Below, piece after piece: positions 31,395-44,981 of a stretch of 64,000 nucleotides of DNA. Made by a program: the position numbers and the translations under genes. Source of the DNA: Histomonas meleagridis 2922-C6/04-290x (Eukaryota > Protista > Parabasalia). Under the pieces are notes generated by a model that worked only from the letters and a program-made list of their open reading frames with translations, did no database searches and had not been told where the DNA came from. Location: contig JAANOX010000045.1 in NCBI GenBank assembly GCA_020184695.1, positions 62,001 through 126,000 of the forward strand. Reading direction: 5' to 3'. Position 1 is the stretch's first letter. The number at the start of each line of letters is the position of its first letter.

Positions 31395-32066
31395 ACATCC
31401 AACAACCTTTGGAAATTTGAATACTATATATTCAAAAAGTGGAGGCCCGTTTCAATCATAATAAAGAATTCGAATTAGGTGTAATTTGCATTCAAAAATT
31501 GGCTTTCAATTTGTTTTCTGATGAAAATATTTTCGTTCAAGCTCATTTTGGATAATTTACAATTTTCGCTATGTTTTTTTTGAATAAAAATAGTATTTGG
31601 CAAAAATGGTGTAAAATTTAAATGTTGTAATATTTCATATTCTGCATTTTGATTCTTCTTGTTATATGTTAATTCTCACTTATATGTGCTTATTCTCACC
31701 TATATGTGTTTCTTTTCATTATTTTATGTACCAACATTCGCTCAAATCATTCAAATATAATTTGACAAATATATAATTTGAACGACTTTCATTTGATATA
31801 GATAATATATAGTGAACATGGGGTATAGTTAAAAATGAATTCAAACTTATTCTAATTTCAGAAATGGAGCTCATATGATTAATTATATTCAAAGAGTTTA
31901 CAAATCAATGTTTACATGCCTATTGAATTGAATAATTTTCCAGAAAACGAATTGGGAGCCGATTTTTGAATGCAAATTACAAATTATTCAAATTCTTTAT
32001 TAGGATAGAATGAAGTCTTCACTTTTTGAATACTGCCCATTCAAATTCCCCACGGTTGTAGGATAG
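31395..32066. mobile_element. MITE with ~125-bp imperfect terminal inverted repeats and TA target-site duplication
   Basis: 31395-31520 is an imperfect inverted copy of 31940-32066. TA at 31393-31394 and 32067-32068. No coding capacity. Confidence 0.75.
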
Positions 32067-32576
32067 TACCTAAACGTCCTATAATAACGGTCACTTGAAG
32101 AGTAAAATTTAACCTGACCCCCACCCCTAGTACACTTTATACTGATCACCTGTCTACGCCGAATTATAAAAAAAGTGCTCCGCGGAGTCGGGCTTCGGCA
32201 GGTTTGTGATAAATGCACTCATTCGCCATTAGGGCTCTCTTTGGGGGAGGGGGTACATTGGTCAAAAGAAAAAGAAAAAAAGAAAAAAATAGATTGCCCA
32301 TTGAGTGAACAAACTTTGTTATTATCACTAATGTGCTGAGTCGAAAAGAATAAAAATTTAATCAGAAAAACCGAAAAAAAAATTGAAAATATCTTAAAAA
32401 TCGATTGAATGGTTTACTCAGATTGATGGTAAATTAAATATATAATTAGAATTAGGAACATATAATGTACTTGTTGTCGCAACTATAAAATTAGTTCCGG
32501 ATATATAAAATGGTACTAAAACTGGTAGGAATATTTTCGAAATAGCACAAAGATCATATAAAACTGATGGATATCA

Positions 32577-33183
<607 letters not shown>

Positions 33184-34399
33184 GTTCAAAAAATGTTAAA
33201 ATATTTAATGAATCACAATCGGAATAAATTTGAAGAACTATGGCCAGTAGAAGCTCACAATCAAAAAAGAAAATTAGAAGAATATAAAATTAGACAATTC
33301 ATGAAGATTAGTCAGGAGATTCGAAGAGAAAAAATTATTGGATATGGGCCAGGAGCCATGGAAATAGAGACGAAATTCATTCCAAAAACGTTAAAAAATA
33401 ATGGGGGGGGGGGGTGGGGGGTTGGGAGGGATACAACAGGTTTTCCCTGGTTCTGATTCTGAAGCAATAAGAAAAAAATTCAATAAGGTACATATCACTA
33501 GTCAAAATGACATGTTTCTTCAAACAAGGCTTGATAAAAGCATTTTAACTCAATAAAGTGTCTCCTTAGATTGTATTTAATATATCAGCCACTTTTTGAG
33601 ATTCCACTTTATCAATGTAGTCATAAGAATTACGATAGGGAACAGTTAACAACTAAAATGCATTTGATAAAAAATAAAGTATCCAATTTCTTTTTTTTCA
33701 TTATGGTTGGGGAAATGTTTATGGAACAAAGTGTTCTAATGTAATTCTATTAACATTACAAATTGAATTTAATTCTATCGCTAAACCAGTAAATATATTA
33801 TAACCATAAACTTTGATATCGTCTATTGGGATACCAATATATAAATTTATAATAATTATCTACAACATATTCATCTACATCATATAATTCTGAATATTGT
33901 CGGACTTATTATTTATCATATTCAACATTAGTATCAGCATTTATTTCTCCTATCAATATTTCGGGATTAAAATTTTTGGAATTTATTTGTGTTAACATAT
34001 TATAATATAATAATAATTCCATATATTTATTATTATAAAAACCTAGTTTTATAGGTTGTATAAAAATGAATATCAATTATCATCTAGTGCATTACAGCTA
34101 CCTATTTAGGGAAATTATACAAATTTAGATATTGAAAAATATGAAATTAATTCAGATAATGTTAATAGATATAATTGATATACCTTTGGATATCCACAAC
34201 GTTGGTTAGACTCACTCATCCGTAATAAAGCTATTGGAATTATAAAACAATATAATTATATATATATTATAAATATATAATTAAAATAATATATCAAGTC
34301 AAATTCATTAGTATTATATGTATTATTTGAAAATCGAGTTTCTGAAAAAATAATTAATGATTTTTTCATTGATGTATTCAAATGTTTTTGCCCTTGGTG

Positions 34400-35520
34400 A
34401 TATAGGTGAATTAATCAAGCAATTTTCTTCGATACTCTGTTTGAGTTCATTTTCATTACCACTGTATGTGGATCATTTGAGGTATAAATTTTTAAATCAG
34501 AACGATAAAAAGCATGTCGATTGTTCTCTGAAGTCGTTGCACTCAAAATAGCTAAGAGAACACGAGCAATTCGATCGACTGGGGTACCATTTTCATATTT
34601 TGAAGTTGTAGAACGAATTTCATTTTCAAAGACGCCGAATGTTACTAAATCGAGTGGTTGGAATAGATGCGAATGTGGAGGAATAGCTACAAATCGTTCG
34701 TTGTTCTGAGTCAATTTTTTAATCATTTCATTATCGGATTGCTATGCACAATTGTCACAAATAAGAACAGTTGGTTTGTCCCTGAATTTTTCATCATTTC
34801 TCAAATTTCGAATGTAAACAAGAAAAAAATCATTAATATTATCTGAAATGATTTCCATCGAGGCATAAGCAGATTCTTGATAACGTATGATAATATTCTC
34901 TTCAATGCGAATTCCTGATCGCAAAATTTCATTATTAAGAGTCTTTCTTGAGGTTATCATTAATGGTATTAATACATCACCAGCCATATAACTAGTAGTA
35001 ATTAATAAGATTTTTTTTTCTGCTTCATCTGCACAATATTCAATTCTGGCATTTTTCGATAATGAAGGGATAACCACCTTTTTCGTTTTTCTATTGGCCA
35101 ATTCCTGTTGACCAATCTCATCAAGATTAAAAATCAATTCTGTCGGCAAACCGCTCACATATTTTTCTGAATTTGAAATATGTTTTGAACAAGAACTCCT
35201 CGATAAATTTATTCGATCTTTTTCCTGTGAATAAGGCTTGGTCTTAACAATTTTATTTTGATGTCTTTTAATAAAATTACGATATGAGTATAGAGAAACA
35301 GCAATATTAAATAGTTAAATAATATAATTACGAATTATAATCGTTCTTCACATACATTAGCTTAAAGGGTTGGGTTTTTATTTAAACTTTCACTATTTTA
35401 TTAATTGCACGACAAAAATTTCCCCTATCGACTTCAAAAATTGAAGCAATTTTGCTCTCAGTCGTTGTAATAACATTATAATCTTTGATTATGATATATA
35501 TTGCGATTACTTGCTTCATT
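34400..35520 (-). mobile_element. Degenerate pogo/Tigger-like (CENP-B HTH plus DDE_1) transposase
   Basis: LIFNLDEIG, VLICDN and IPPHSHLFQPLDLVTFG motifs, broken by stops and frameshifts. Confidence 0.8.
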
Positions 35521-35774
35521 CTAGATTTCGCATTTATCTGCATCCGATAATCACGTAATATGTATCTGACATCAGAATTGAAAAATTTTGTCGATAAAAC
35601 ATGTACTTACTGAGTTTCAGTGAATGAGGGCTTTTCTTTGAGGCTCATTTGGCGAAAAATAAAAAAAAAAATGGAAAAATTGCCATCTGAACGTATTTTG
35701 GTGTAAACAAAAGTGATGTATAATCTAATTCTCAGAAAACTTTTTAATAATAATATTGTGTAACAATTTTTTTT

Positions 35775-36712
35775 ATGAACCAGTGGTCCATGAGCTACCA
35801 CATGGATTTTGATAATTTAGTTCAAGCTACTGTATCTGTTGAACAACAAAGGATTGCTGAAAACACAAAAAGAACATATAATTTTTTGTTGCGTTCATAT
35901 GACAATACGATGAATCAAATTCCTAATGCCCCCGAACCATATCCCATTACTGAGAATAAAACAGGTGCTTTTTTGGAATTCTATAGGGGTCAACACCCTT
36001 AAACAACCTATTCCTACCTTAAATCATTCGTCTCGACTGTTGTATTCTATTTAAAAAAAGAATAACTTAGATGATTTTACGAAAACAAATAATTTTAAGT
36101 CGTACATGCTTGGTTTGAAAAGAATAATGAAGGGGAATACATCCCCAAATGCGAAAAAGTATGTCACAATACAACTTATTATAGAAATTGCAAAGAACTA
36201 ATCAAAATGTAAAAAATGAAATAAAATATATGACAATAGAAAGTATGTGCTTTTATGGCTTTTTACGAATTTCTGAGGCGTGCAGATTAATGTGGATAGA
36301 AATAACATATGATCAGGACTGAAGTTTGGTATTACTCATTCCTTATTCTGAAACAGATCAGACAGGGAGGAGAGTCAATGTGTACATTTGTCGTTCGAAC
36401 ACAATATATTCCCCTTTTCTATGGTTACCAAAATGGAAAGAATTAAGTCATATGAATGAAGAATCGAATGTCATTACATTATGTGATAGAACAGTTAGGA
36501 GAAAGTTTGAATTGCAACTTAAAATATTGGATTAGTGAATCCAGAGTTATTTAACACATTCTTTTCGTAAAGGGGCCGATCATTAAGCATCATTGGCTGG
36601 AATTGCTGATTGCAAAATTAAAGCCCAAGGAAGATGGATTTCTTCATGCTATCAGCGTTATACTTCTATCCAAATGGTTGAGGCTGGAGATGCAATTACA
36701 GTAAAGATTTGA
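35775..36712 (+). mobile_element. Degenerate tyrosine recombinase (DIRS/Crypton-like), no RT seen nearby
   Basis: Pieces give FxAFYEFLRRAD (box I Arg), IPYSETDQTG, HSFRKG (HxxR) and AGIADCKIKAQGRWISSCYQRY (catalytic Tyr). Confidence 0.8.
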
Positions 36713-37809
36713 TTATTAACTCAATTTAAATTTGCTCATATAATTTTTTATATGAGATTGAAAAAGTTGTTACACAAAATTATTTATCAAAAAGTTTTAT
36801 GAGAATTTTAGTATGTTGTCTAGGTTTTTGATTAATTCATAATAGTATCATATTTCGCACATTTATTCGGGTCATAAATTATTTCAAAGTTCTCAGATTT
36901 AACTTTCTCATTTTACCCCATAATTTTCATTTATTTTTTCCTCTAGCTACTCTTTTGATCATACCGATATAGATTTACTTAAGTTAACGTTCGATCAGAA
37001 AGAGAGGGTAAAACGTCAAAAAGTACCTAAAAGTGACATGAATAAACTAACCAAAATATCAATTAAAAAAATGCTAAACACTTTATTAATGTATATCAAA
37101 TATATATAAGAATTTGACTCAAAAAGCAATGGATTCAAAAAATAGCGGGATACACAAGCCTAGGTATGTCTCAACATGAAGATAGACAGATTTATAATGG
37201 AAAACATATTAGTCATGATTCAATAAGAAAAGTCGATAATTCTATTGACAATGGCCAGGATTATTTATTATATGCGAAACATCAGGAAGTTTAAATTCGA
37301 TGAATGATAATTATATGTCCGTCTTGTATCAATAAACGATGGATGATTTTTGTCTTTCGTATACTACAGAAAACTTGTTTCAAAGAAATGATAATGATTC
37401 TAATCTATTGTTAACTGGAGATGTTATTCTGGAAATTTATTTTGCACATAATTATGTTATAAAGTAGAAAACAGAAATAGTTGAAATTAATGTATAAAAA
37501 AATAATGATACTAATTACAATAATTCTCATTTAATGGATTTAGTTTCTCCAATTGCAGCAGAAGCAAATAGAAATACGGACATCCAGATATTATATGATA
37601 TTTATATTTATAAAATTTCGAAAATTTTTTGTCATCCAACCAGTAGGTTGCTTCAAATATACAGAAACTGTAAAATGTGAAATGAGGTAAAATTGAGAGA
37701 GGAGTTATCACCCTCATTCATTAAATCTACATCCCGCATCTTTTTGAATGATTTATGCCAATCGTTATCTTAAGATCAATAAACATCTCAATCATCGTGA
37801 CCCAGACAC

Positions 37810-38950
37810 ATATGCATTTTCCAGTTATTCTACCCATGCAACATACGAATTATGATAGACTAGCTGGTGATAAGAAAAAACATTTGAATAATATTTTAGA
37901 CTTACTGAAGACTCCAACAAGATTGGCAGATGGATCAATTCAGAAAATTTCTGATGAAACGAAAATACCAAAAGGTATGCTAAAAATCTAGCGAATCCAA
38001 ATTCGACATTAATTGTACATGGAGTCAAAGGTGTATCAAGAATACTTAATAAGCAGATTGAAGATTCGATATATACAAAGATTATGGAAGATTATATTCA
38101 ACAGAGAAGATATTGTTCGTTGAAAACAGTCCAGACAGTTGCAAAACGAATTGTCTGTAATCATAAGCCAAATTTTAAAGCAAGTAGAACATGGGCCGAA
38201 GGATTTTCAAAAAGATACAATCTCAGTATAAGGGTATTACATGTTAAACGTCAAACTTAACCAAATGATGAAATTATGGCAAAACTTGTCTCAGAGTTCG
38301 ATGTTGCATTGATGCAATCACCAAAAAAATCAATATTTAATATGGATGAATTTTAAACGGTCGCTTAAAAATATTTCTCTAAAAGGTGATGATGATGTAA
38401 CGATCTTATTAAAGTCAGACCCCAAAGAAACATAAACAGTAATTGCAACCATTAACGCAGAAGAAGAAAAATTACCTATAATTATATTAGCAACTGGAAA
38501 AACAAATCGGTGTGAAGAAAAATATAAAAACCAAAGACTTAGAAAATATATCGCAAACAGAGATTTACTTATAATGCATTAAGAATCAGGATGGGCAACA
38601 GCGGATCTGATGAAACAATACCTCAAATGGTTGTCACGACAGATAGATAAATGAAATGCATCTTTACTTTTTAATCTGCATTCGTCTCACAGAGATGAAA
38701 AAGTTCAAAGTTATTCGGCAAAAAGAAATATTCAATTGTAATATATCCCAGCTGGTCAAATGGGATAGTGGCAACCGTTAGACAGAAGCATATTTGGAAA
38801 TTTAAAAAAAGTGTCACTATGAATTCGAAAAATACCTAATAAACAATAGCATCGATGAATATGATATCATTGATGCTATTGTAATACTATTAGATGCTTG
38901 GGGGGAGATTCCCAATGAAGTTATTAGGAATTCCTGGAAACATTTAACCG
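37810..38950 (+). mobile_element. Degenerate pogo-like DDE_1 transposase, second family
   Basis: KASRTWAEGF (HTH Tc5-like), IFNMDE, TVIATINA, ESGWAT and IPAGQxGxWQPLDRSIFG fragments. Confidence 0.75.
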
Positions 38951-39893
38951 AAAATTGAGAAAAAAAATCTTAAAAGTTCTTAATAAACACTTGAAACCTA
39001 TAATATTTTTCTTTTTTACAACTCATTTTAGCAATTATATGGATGAAATATTATTTGGCCGGCCAAAAAATACAAATATATATGTTCAGATTTTTCCAAT
39101 TCATACACATAATTTTATTATACTTCTCATAACAAGTTTTTAATATTAATTTTACTTAATGATTTTCAGGATTTAAAATGTTATTCCAGAAATAAAATTT
39201 TCCCGCTTACATTTTTCTAGAAAGAGAAAATTGATTATTCTTCAATACAAAAATTACAATTTTTAAACAAAATAGTAGAATACTTTTATTCATCGTACTG
39301 ATATTTATTTAGTTTTCTATGTCAATATACCTCAATTTTGTTTGGTTTCAGGATTTTCAAGAAAAACATGAGAAAAAATAAGTTATTTGCGCTTAACGTA
39401 CGTTGGGGGATGAAGTTTTAGTGAATAAGGGTAAAGGTAATTGATTTTTCAAACATAATGCTTCAAATTTTTTTTGAAGATACCTGTGCTTTATCCGTAT
39501 TATACATAATTGTTAAATCTCATAAAATTTCAAGCGATTTGTAGTTCTTGACTTCGAACTATTTAATTACTCAAAGGACCCTATACCATTCATCCAATTG
39601 CGATAGGTTGATTCATGTCGTGGCAAATGAATAATGAGTTTTGGAGAATAGCTTGCATAGAATAATTATTATTTGGGTATTTGAATCTATAATTGAATAA
39701 CTCTCGAAAAATCAACCATTATAAGATTTACTATTAGACTGTCGATTTCCCTAAATACGATATTAAATGGAATCGAATGTAAAAACGAAATTGGGGCACC
39801 TCATATTCTATCAACTTTTCCGGTTGCAAATTAACAAAAAATTGATAGACCTCTTTGAAACATTTAATTTTTAGCGTTCACCTGGAAGGTTTA

Positions 39894-42722
39894 ATGGAAA
39901 AAAGAATCTTAGAATTTGGCAAACAAATTTTTTCCACTGGGTTTTGTCAGGAAACTCTTCTTTACCCAATTGTAGTTAAAGATTTTTTACAATTTTTTAA
40001 ATCTGTTTTATCTTCAAATGATGAAGATAAAATTATTGGACTTTGTTACTCAGTATCACCTTTTCTTGCACAACATTTTTTTGACCTCGGAGAAAACGAA
40101 ATTTTGGAATTATGGGATAATATGATTTTATTATGTCAAAAAATAAAGACTCCTCTTGAGGAAAAAGGATTTTTTGAATCTGTTTCAGCAATGACATTAT
40201 ATAAATTCAAAATTTCACAGAAATTCCTTGATTTTTTAATTGATCCAGATTCTCGAAATGATTCAATTAAAGTTATAACCCTTATTCTTTTGTATAAAAT
40301 GTTACCGGATGGATTTATTATTGAACATTCCAAATATTTTATCACATTATTTACGGAGAATTTAAAAGATTTTTATTCATTATACTTACCATATCTTATC
40401 CGAATAATCATTGACTTAAATATGGATGCTAAGAGTCTTCAAAAAGTTCCAAATTTTGGATCTAATTTAATGTCAGCATCATATTTGTTCATAAAAAATA
40501 ATCCACCTAATTCAATAATTGTTCTTATAAACTCGTTATTTACGTTCCGCAAATGTATTGTTGGTTTTTTCAATGTCAAAAATGAGTTTGTTCATACAAA
40601 ATTATCACAAATTAATTCAACTGATATTGAATCCAATCTTTCTGCGTTAGTTCCATTCATTAGACTTTTACCATTTTTCAGTGAGGATGATCTTGATTCA
40701 TTCTTTTCATATTTCAATCCAATTTTTTCAGATTATTTAATTTCAAAGTCAGTAATACCGAAAAATATAATATCAGAATTTCGTGAGACACAAATTGTTC
40801 TTCAGGTTGCGCCAATAATCGAAAAACTATATTCCATTTGTAGCCAAGCTTTGCAAACAGAATATTATCCTGCTGCCACTTTTGTGCTCAGCATTTTTTG
40901 TTTCACTTTTCTGAACCACTTCGACGGTTATCACGATTCAATTCTCGGCACTTTTGTAAACGGTCTCTCATCTGAATATCCACACAAAATTCCAATTATA
41001 TTTTCTATATATGAAAATGTCGATTCTTATATTGAAAAAGAATTTTTAATCACTGAGAAAATCATACCCTTATTAATAAATATTATTTCATCGACGAATG
41101 ATGACAAAACGATTTATTGGTGTTTCAAAACACTTTGGACATTTCTTTATAACAATGGAATTAAGTTTTTCCCATCAGCCAAAAGCTTTTTAATATTATA
41201 TGAGAATTTACCCCATAGCACACGTAGATATTTCTTTAAGTTTTTGGCTGCTTTTGTACATTTTTCACGGAACAATTCGACAGTTAATCCGATATTTTCA
41301 TTTGCAGGATATTTATTTGATAAAAGCGAAACATTAGATAATGAAACCAAATCGAATTCATTATATTTAGCAAAATCATTAATTAAATATGACGACAAAT
41401 ACTTAAATAGTTTTAAAGAAAAGTCATATGAAATAGCAAAAGAATTAATGTTTATGTCGAATTCCAATTTTTATGATATTTCATTTCATTACATATGCGT
41501 TTTAAGTAAAATTACAAATGAAAAAGTATCTGACGAAATTATTAATCGTGCAATTGATATCTGTTTAGGAAAAGAAAAATGTAATAATGAAATACAACTT
41601 AAAATAATTTCATGTTTAAGTAAATACATTGACTTTGTTCCATCTATAGCATTATTTGATGCACTTTTAGGATATCAAAATGAAGAAAATTCATTAAATG
41701 TGATGATGACCTTGTTAAAGAGCACTTATTTGAAAATTAATTACATAAATGAATTATTTGCGAAAATTATTTCAGTTTCCATTAAAACATTATCAGCGCA
41801 ATTCTTAAGTAATTTGTTTTTGTTTGTTTCAACAATTATCACTAAAATATCAAAAGAAAATTTATTAAATTTGTTATTGTTAACTTTACAAAATCGATTA
41901 AATATATTTAAAGAATTGCCTCCATATTATAACACCGAATTTTTATATTCGTTTTTCACATTTGTTAATTCGTATATAAATATTTACACTAAAGAATCAA
42001 AATTAATTGTGAAACAACTTATGTATTGGATTGATTATGTTTCAAAATATTCATTACCTAAATTATTAAAAATATTCTTAACAGCTATTAAGAAAAATTT
42101 AGTTGATAAAAATGATTATGTTTTACTTATAAATTCATCCATTAATAGAATTAATAAACAAATTTATAGTATATCTATCGTTCGAATTGGGGTGGCCCTG
42201 ATTATGACCGTTTGGAGAAAAGACAAAAATTCAATTGGCATTGAAAATTTGTTAGGATTCTTAGAAAATATTTGGGATGAGAATTTCGAAGATATACGCT
42301 TTATAACATTATTAATTCCATTATTTATTGAAATCTTTTCGGACAGTAATTATAACGTAAAAGGTGACTTCGAAATATTTTATGATATTTCAAATATAAT
42401 AATTTCGGAATCACAAAAGTTTAATTATCCAAAATTAGTTAATGGTTACATTAACATGTTCCAAAATAAAATACCAATGAAATCACTTTGCCAAAATACT
42501 GCAATTGTATTATTGCATTTCCTAATTAAAAATCGTAAAACTGCAAATGACGAAGGATTTAGCGATGAACTTTTGGTCAATATGCATAAGTGTGTGAAAC
42601 ATTGCATAATGAGGGAAAATAATACAATGAAATTTTTGGCAAATTATTTCAAGGAGAAAAATGACGAATGGGAACGAGTAAAAATGTTACTGAAGTCACC
42701 TACACTTCCGTTGTTTAAATAA
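39894..42722 (+). CDS. Large alpha-helical (ARM/HEAT-like) hypothetical protein
   Basis: Stop-free ORF of about 940 codons, Leu/Ile/Phe-rich amphipathic helices. The fold is an inference only. Confidence 0.75.
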   Translation: MEKRILEFGKQIFSTGFCQETLLYPIVVKDFLQFFKSVLSSNDEDKIIGLCYSVSPFLAQHFFDLGENEILELWDNMILLCQKIKTPLEEKGFFESVSAMTLYKFKISQKFLDFLIDPDSRNDSIKVITLILLYKMLPDGFIIEHSKYFITLFTENLKDFYSLYLPYLIRIIIDLNMDAKSLQKVPNFGSNLMSASYLFIKNNPPNSIIVLINSLFTFRKCIVGFFNVKNEFVHTKLSQINSTDIESNLSALVPFIRLLPFFSEDDLDSFFSYFNPIFSDYLISKSVIPKNIISEFRETQIVLQVAPIIEKLYSICSQALQTEYYPAATFVLSIFCFTFLNHFDGYHDSILGTFVNGLSSEYPHKIPIIFSIYENVDSYIEKEFLITEKIIPLLINIISSTNDDKTIYWCFKTLWTFLYNNGIKFFPSAKSFLILYENLPHSTRRYFFKFLAAFVHFSRNNSTVNPIFSFAGYLFDKSETLDNETKSNSLYLAKSLIKYDDKYLNSFKEKSYEIAKELMFMSNSNFYDISFHYICVLSKITNEKVSDEIINRAIDICLGKEKCNNEIQLKIISCLSKYIDFVPSIALFDALLGYQNEENSLNVMMTLLKSTYLKINYINELFAKIISVSIKTLSAQFLSNLFLFVSTIITKISKENLLNLLLLTLQNRLNIFKELPPYYNTEFLYSFFTFVNSYINIYTKESKLIVKQLMYWIDYVSKYSLPKLLKIFLTAIKKNLVDKNDYVLLINSSINRINKQIYSISIVRIGVALIMTVWRKDKNSIGIENLLGFLENIWDENFEDIRFITLLIPLFIEIFSDSNYNVKGDFEIFYDISNIIISESQKFNYPKLVNGYINMFQNKIPMKSLCQNTAIVLLHFLIKNRKTANDEGFSDELLVNMHKCVKHCIMRENNTMKFLANYFKEKNDEWERVKMLLKSPTLPLFK

Positions 42723-43217
42723 TAAATGAAATTTAATTTTTATTTTATTTAATCTGATTGTGAAAATTTTTTATTCATTAAAGAAAATATTTTTTTTTTC
42801 CTTAAAAAAATTACTATATCTAAAAAGATGTTTAAATATTTTAAGAATTCAAGTGATTTAGTATGTAAAAAAATATTTTTTGACTATTTATCTTCAGTAA
42901 AAAGAAACACTTTTCCCTCAAACTCTGTTTATTTCTCCGAAATCCCTTAATACAAAATTTACATGTAAAATCAAATAAATTGTTAAAAAAATTATTTTCA
43001 ACATATTGGCACGAAGTAGTTGTCCCAGACATTTTTCACCACTTGATCGTGTTTTATGCCACCGACTTTTTCTATCGGAGTCGTGTTTTCCCACAATTTT
43101 GATCTGTCGTTCTCAATGAAGGGTTGTGTGGCCGGATGATCCAATTAACAATTTGAATCGTTTATTTGAAATTTAATTGAAAAAGCTGTTTTTACGGTTA
43201 CTTCAGTTCACTTTCGA

Positions 43218-43886
43218 ATGAGCGAAATTGGCGAAATAACTCCTGAAAGAATTGCTGCTGCAGAACCACTCGCTAACCAATGCTTAGAAATAGCTAGCCA
43301 AGTTCTTAATTCTTCTGACTGGAAGGAATCAAAAACTGAAGACGGTGTCAAATATTACACACGCTCTGTTCCAGGAAGCAGTTTCACAATGATTAAGAGC
43401 TCAGTTGTTGTCCCACGTCCACTTGATAAGATGGTTCAATTCTGCGCCCGCTTCAGAGAAGTTACATCTGAAACACCAGCTAATCTTCGTGGTGGTGCTA
43501 TCGAAAGAAGATTTTGGCCATTCCCAGGAACAAACGAGCACAATGAAGGTTTTATTTATCTTGCTCTTGAATCAGGTTCAATGTTTGTATCAAACCGTGA
43601 TTTCGTCATGATCCGTAAATACTACGAAAAGGATGGAAGACACTACTACATCTGCGTCTCAATCGATGACGACAAGATTCGTCCACCATCAAAGAATCTT
43701 GTTCGTGGAAAGATTCTTTGCAACGCAACTGTCATCGAAGCTGAAGGTGATGGCACAAGAGTTTCTTTCATTGCACACGCTGACCCAGCAGGTTCAATTC
43801 CAGCAGCAATTTACAACATGGCCTCATTAAAACAAGGTGCTTGCGTCAGGGCTATCCGTGACGATGCACTCAAAGAAATCAACTAA
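43218..43886 (+). CDS. START (StAR-related lipid transfer) domain protein
   Basis: WKESKTEDGVKYY, VSNRDFV, SIDDDKIRP...VRG and HADPAGSIPAAIYN motifs. TCACTT initiator upstream. Strongly biased codon usage. Confidence 0.9.
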   Translation: MSEIGEITPERIAAAEPLANQCLEIASQVLNSSDWKESKTEDGVKYYTRSVPGSSFTMIKSSVVVPRPLDKMVQFCARFREVTSETPANLRGGAIERRFWPFPGTNEHNEGFIYLALESGSMFVSNRDFVMIRKYYEKDGRHYYICVSIDDDKIRPPSKNLVRGKILCNATVIEAEGDGTRVSFIAHADPAGSIPAAIYNMASLKQGACVRAIRDDALKEIN

Positions 43887-43932
43887 AAATGATTACTTTA
43901 TTAATTAGTATTCTTTGATTTTTTAAGCATTT

Positions 43933-44981
43933 ATGATTTCATCGATGTATTTAATGTCAATGATTTATAATGGGTTTTCATTATCATTATTTTACCCACC
44001 GAAATTCGAACAAAGAAGTTCAGTATCGATACGAGAATTTAATTTAACAAATGGAGAATTAATTTCTGATATTTCATTTCCACAATTTTATTCGAATTGT
44101 ATTTGTTTTGATCCTATTTCGATGTATTTCATTGATTTGCCTGATTATGAACTTTCGTATATATATAAAATTCAGCCGAATTTTTTGTTTCATTATTTTT
44201 TTCCATATAAAAATATATTAAGTAATGATTCGATATTTAATATAATGAATATATTACCTACGCTAATGTTTATCAAGAAAAGCAAAATAAAAGCTATTTT
44301 TAAATAAAAGAAGGAGAAATTTTAAGTGGCCGTTTAAAAATAATGGATTTTGAAAAATTACAATATTTAAGACTTCGTTTAAATAAAATAGTTCAAGCAA
44401 AAAGAATGAACGCAATAATGCAAGAAAACTTAAGGAAAAGAATCCAAGTTATTAATTCCAAATTATATCTGTTATCTTGTCCCCAACCAAATTATCCATC
44501 TAATATCTTTTTAGCGCAGTTGAAAATTTTTTCTCTTTCAGATGAAGAGAGTACTCAGCTTGTGGAGGCTTTTTGGAAAAAAGGACTTTTCAAAAATGAT
44601 ACTATTAATAGTCATACTACTAAAGTCAAAACAAAAAAGCCAATTGAAACTAAGAGAGATATATTTATGAATTTTGACCGAAGTTCAAGGCAAGAATGTT
44701 TATTATTTGAATCCTCAAATCTTCAAATGATGCAAAGATCAATTCCAAGTCCAATACGCTTACAGCCAACATTTTTTGACTGTGTTAGGTATCATGTAGT
44801 ATCACAAATATTCGGGAAAAAATTACAAATTCGCGAAATATATCCAACGATGGAAATCAGGAAAGTTATGTCATTGATTCAAAGTAGCAAAAAGAAAGTG
44901 AGTCAAAATTTGGATGATATTGGATTTGACTCTAAGCAAATCCAGTATCAAATATCTGGTGTTCTTAATGATGTATCATAA
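43933..44981 (+). CDS. Hypothetical protein, probably one gene split by a 1-nt homopolymer deletion near 44302
   Basis: Adding one A gives ...KIKAIFK-IKEGEILSGRLKI-MDFEKLQ, which joins ORFs 43933-44307 and 44343-44981. Confidence 0.55.

Noticed and set aside
33193-33456. 87-aa ORF after the microsatellite
   Set aside because: No recognisable family and it runs into a G-tract. It may be a fragment of a decayed element.
33800-34300. Possible Maverick/Polinton ORF remnant (YTFGYPQRWLDSLIRNKAIGI)
   Set aside because: Only a vague resemblance from memory, with many stops and no polymerase, integrase or ATPase motif. Needs tBLASTx.
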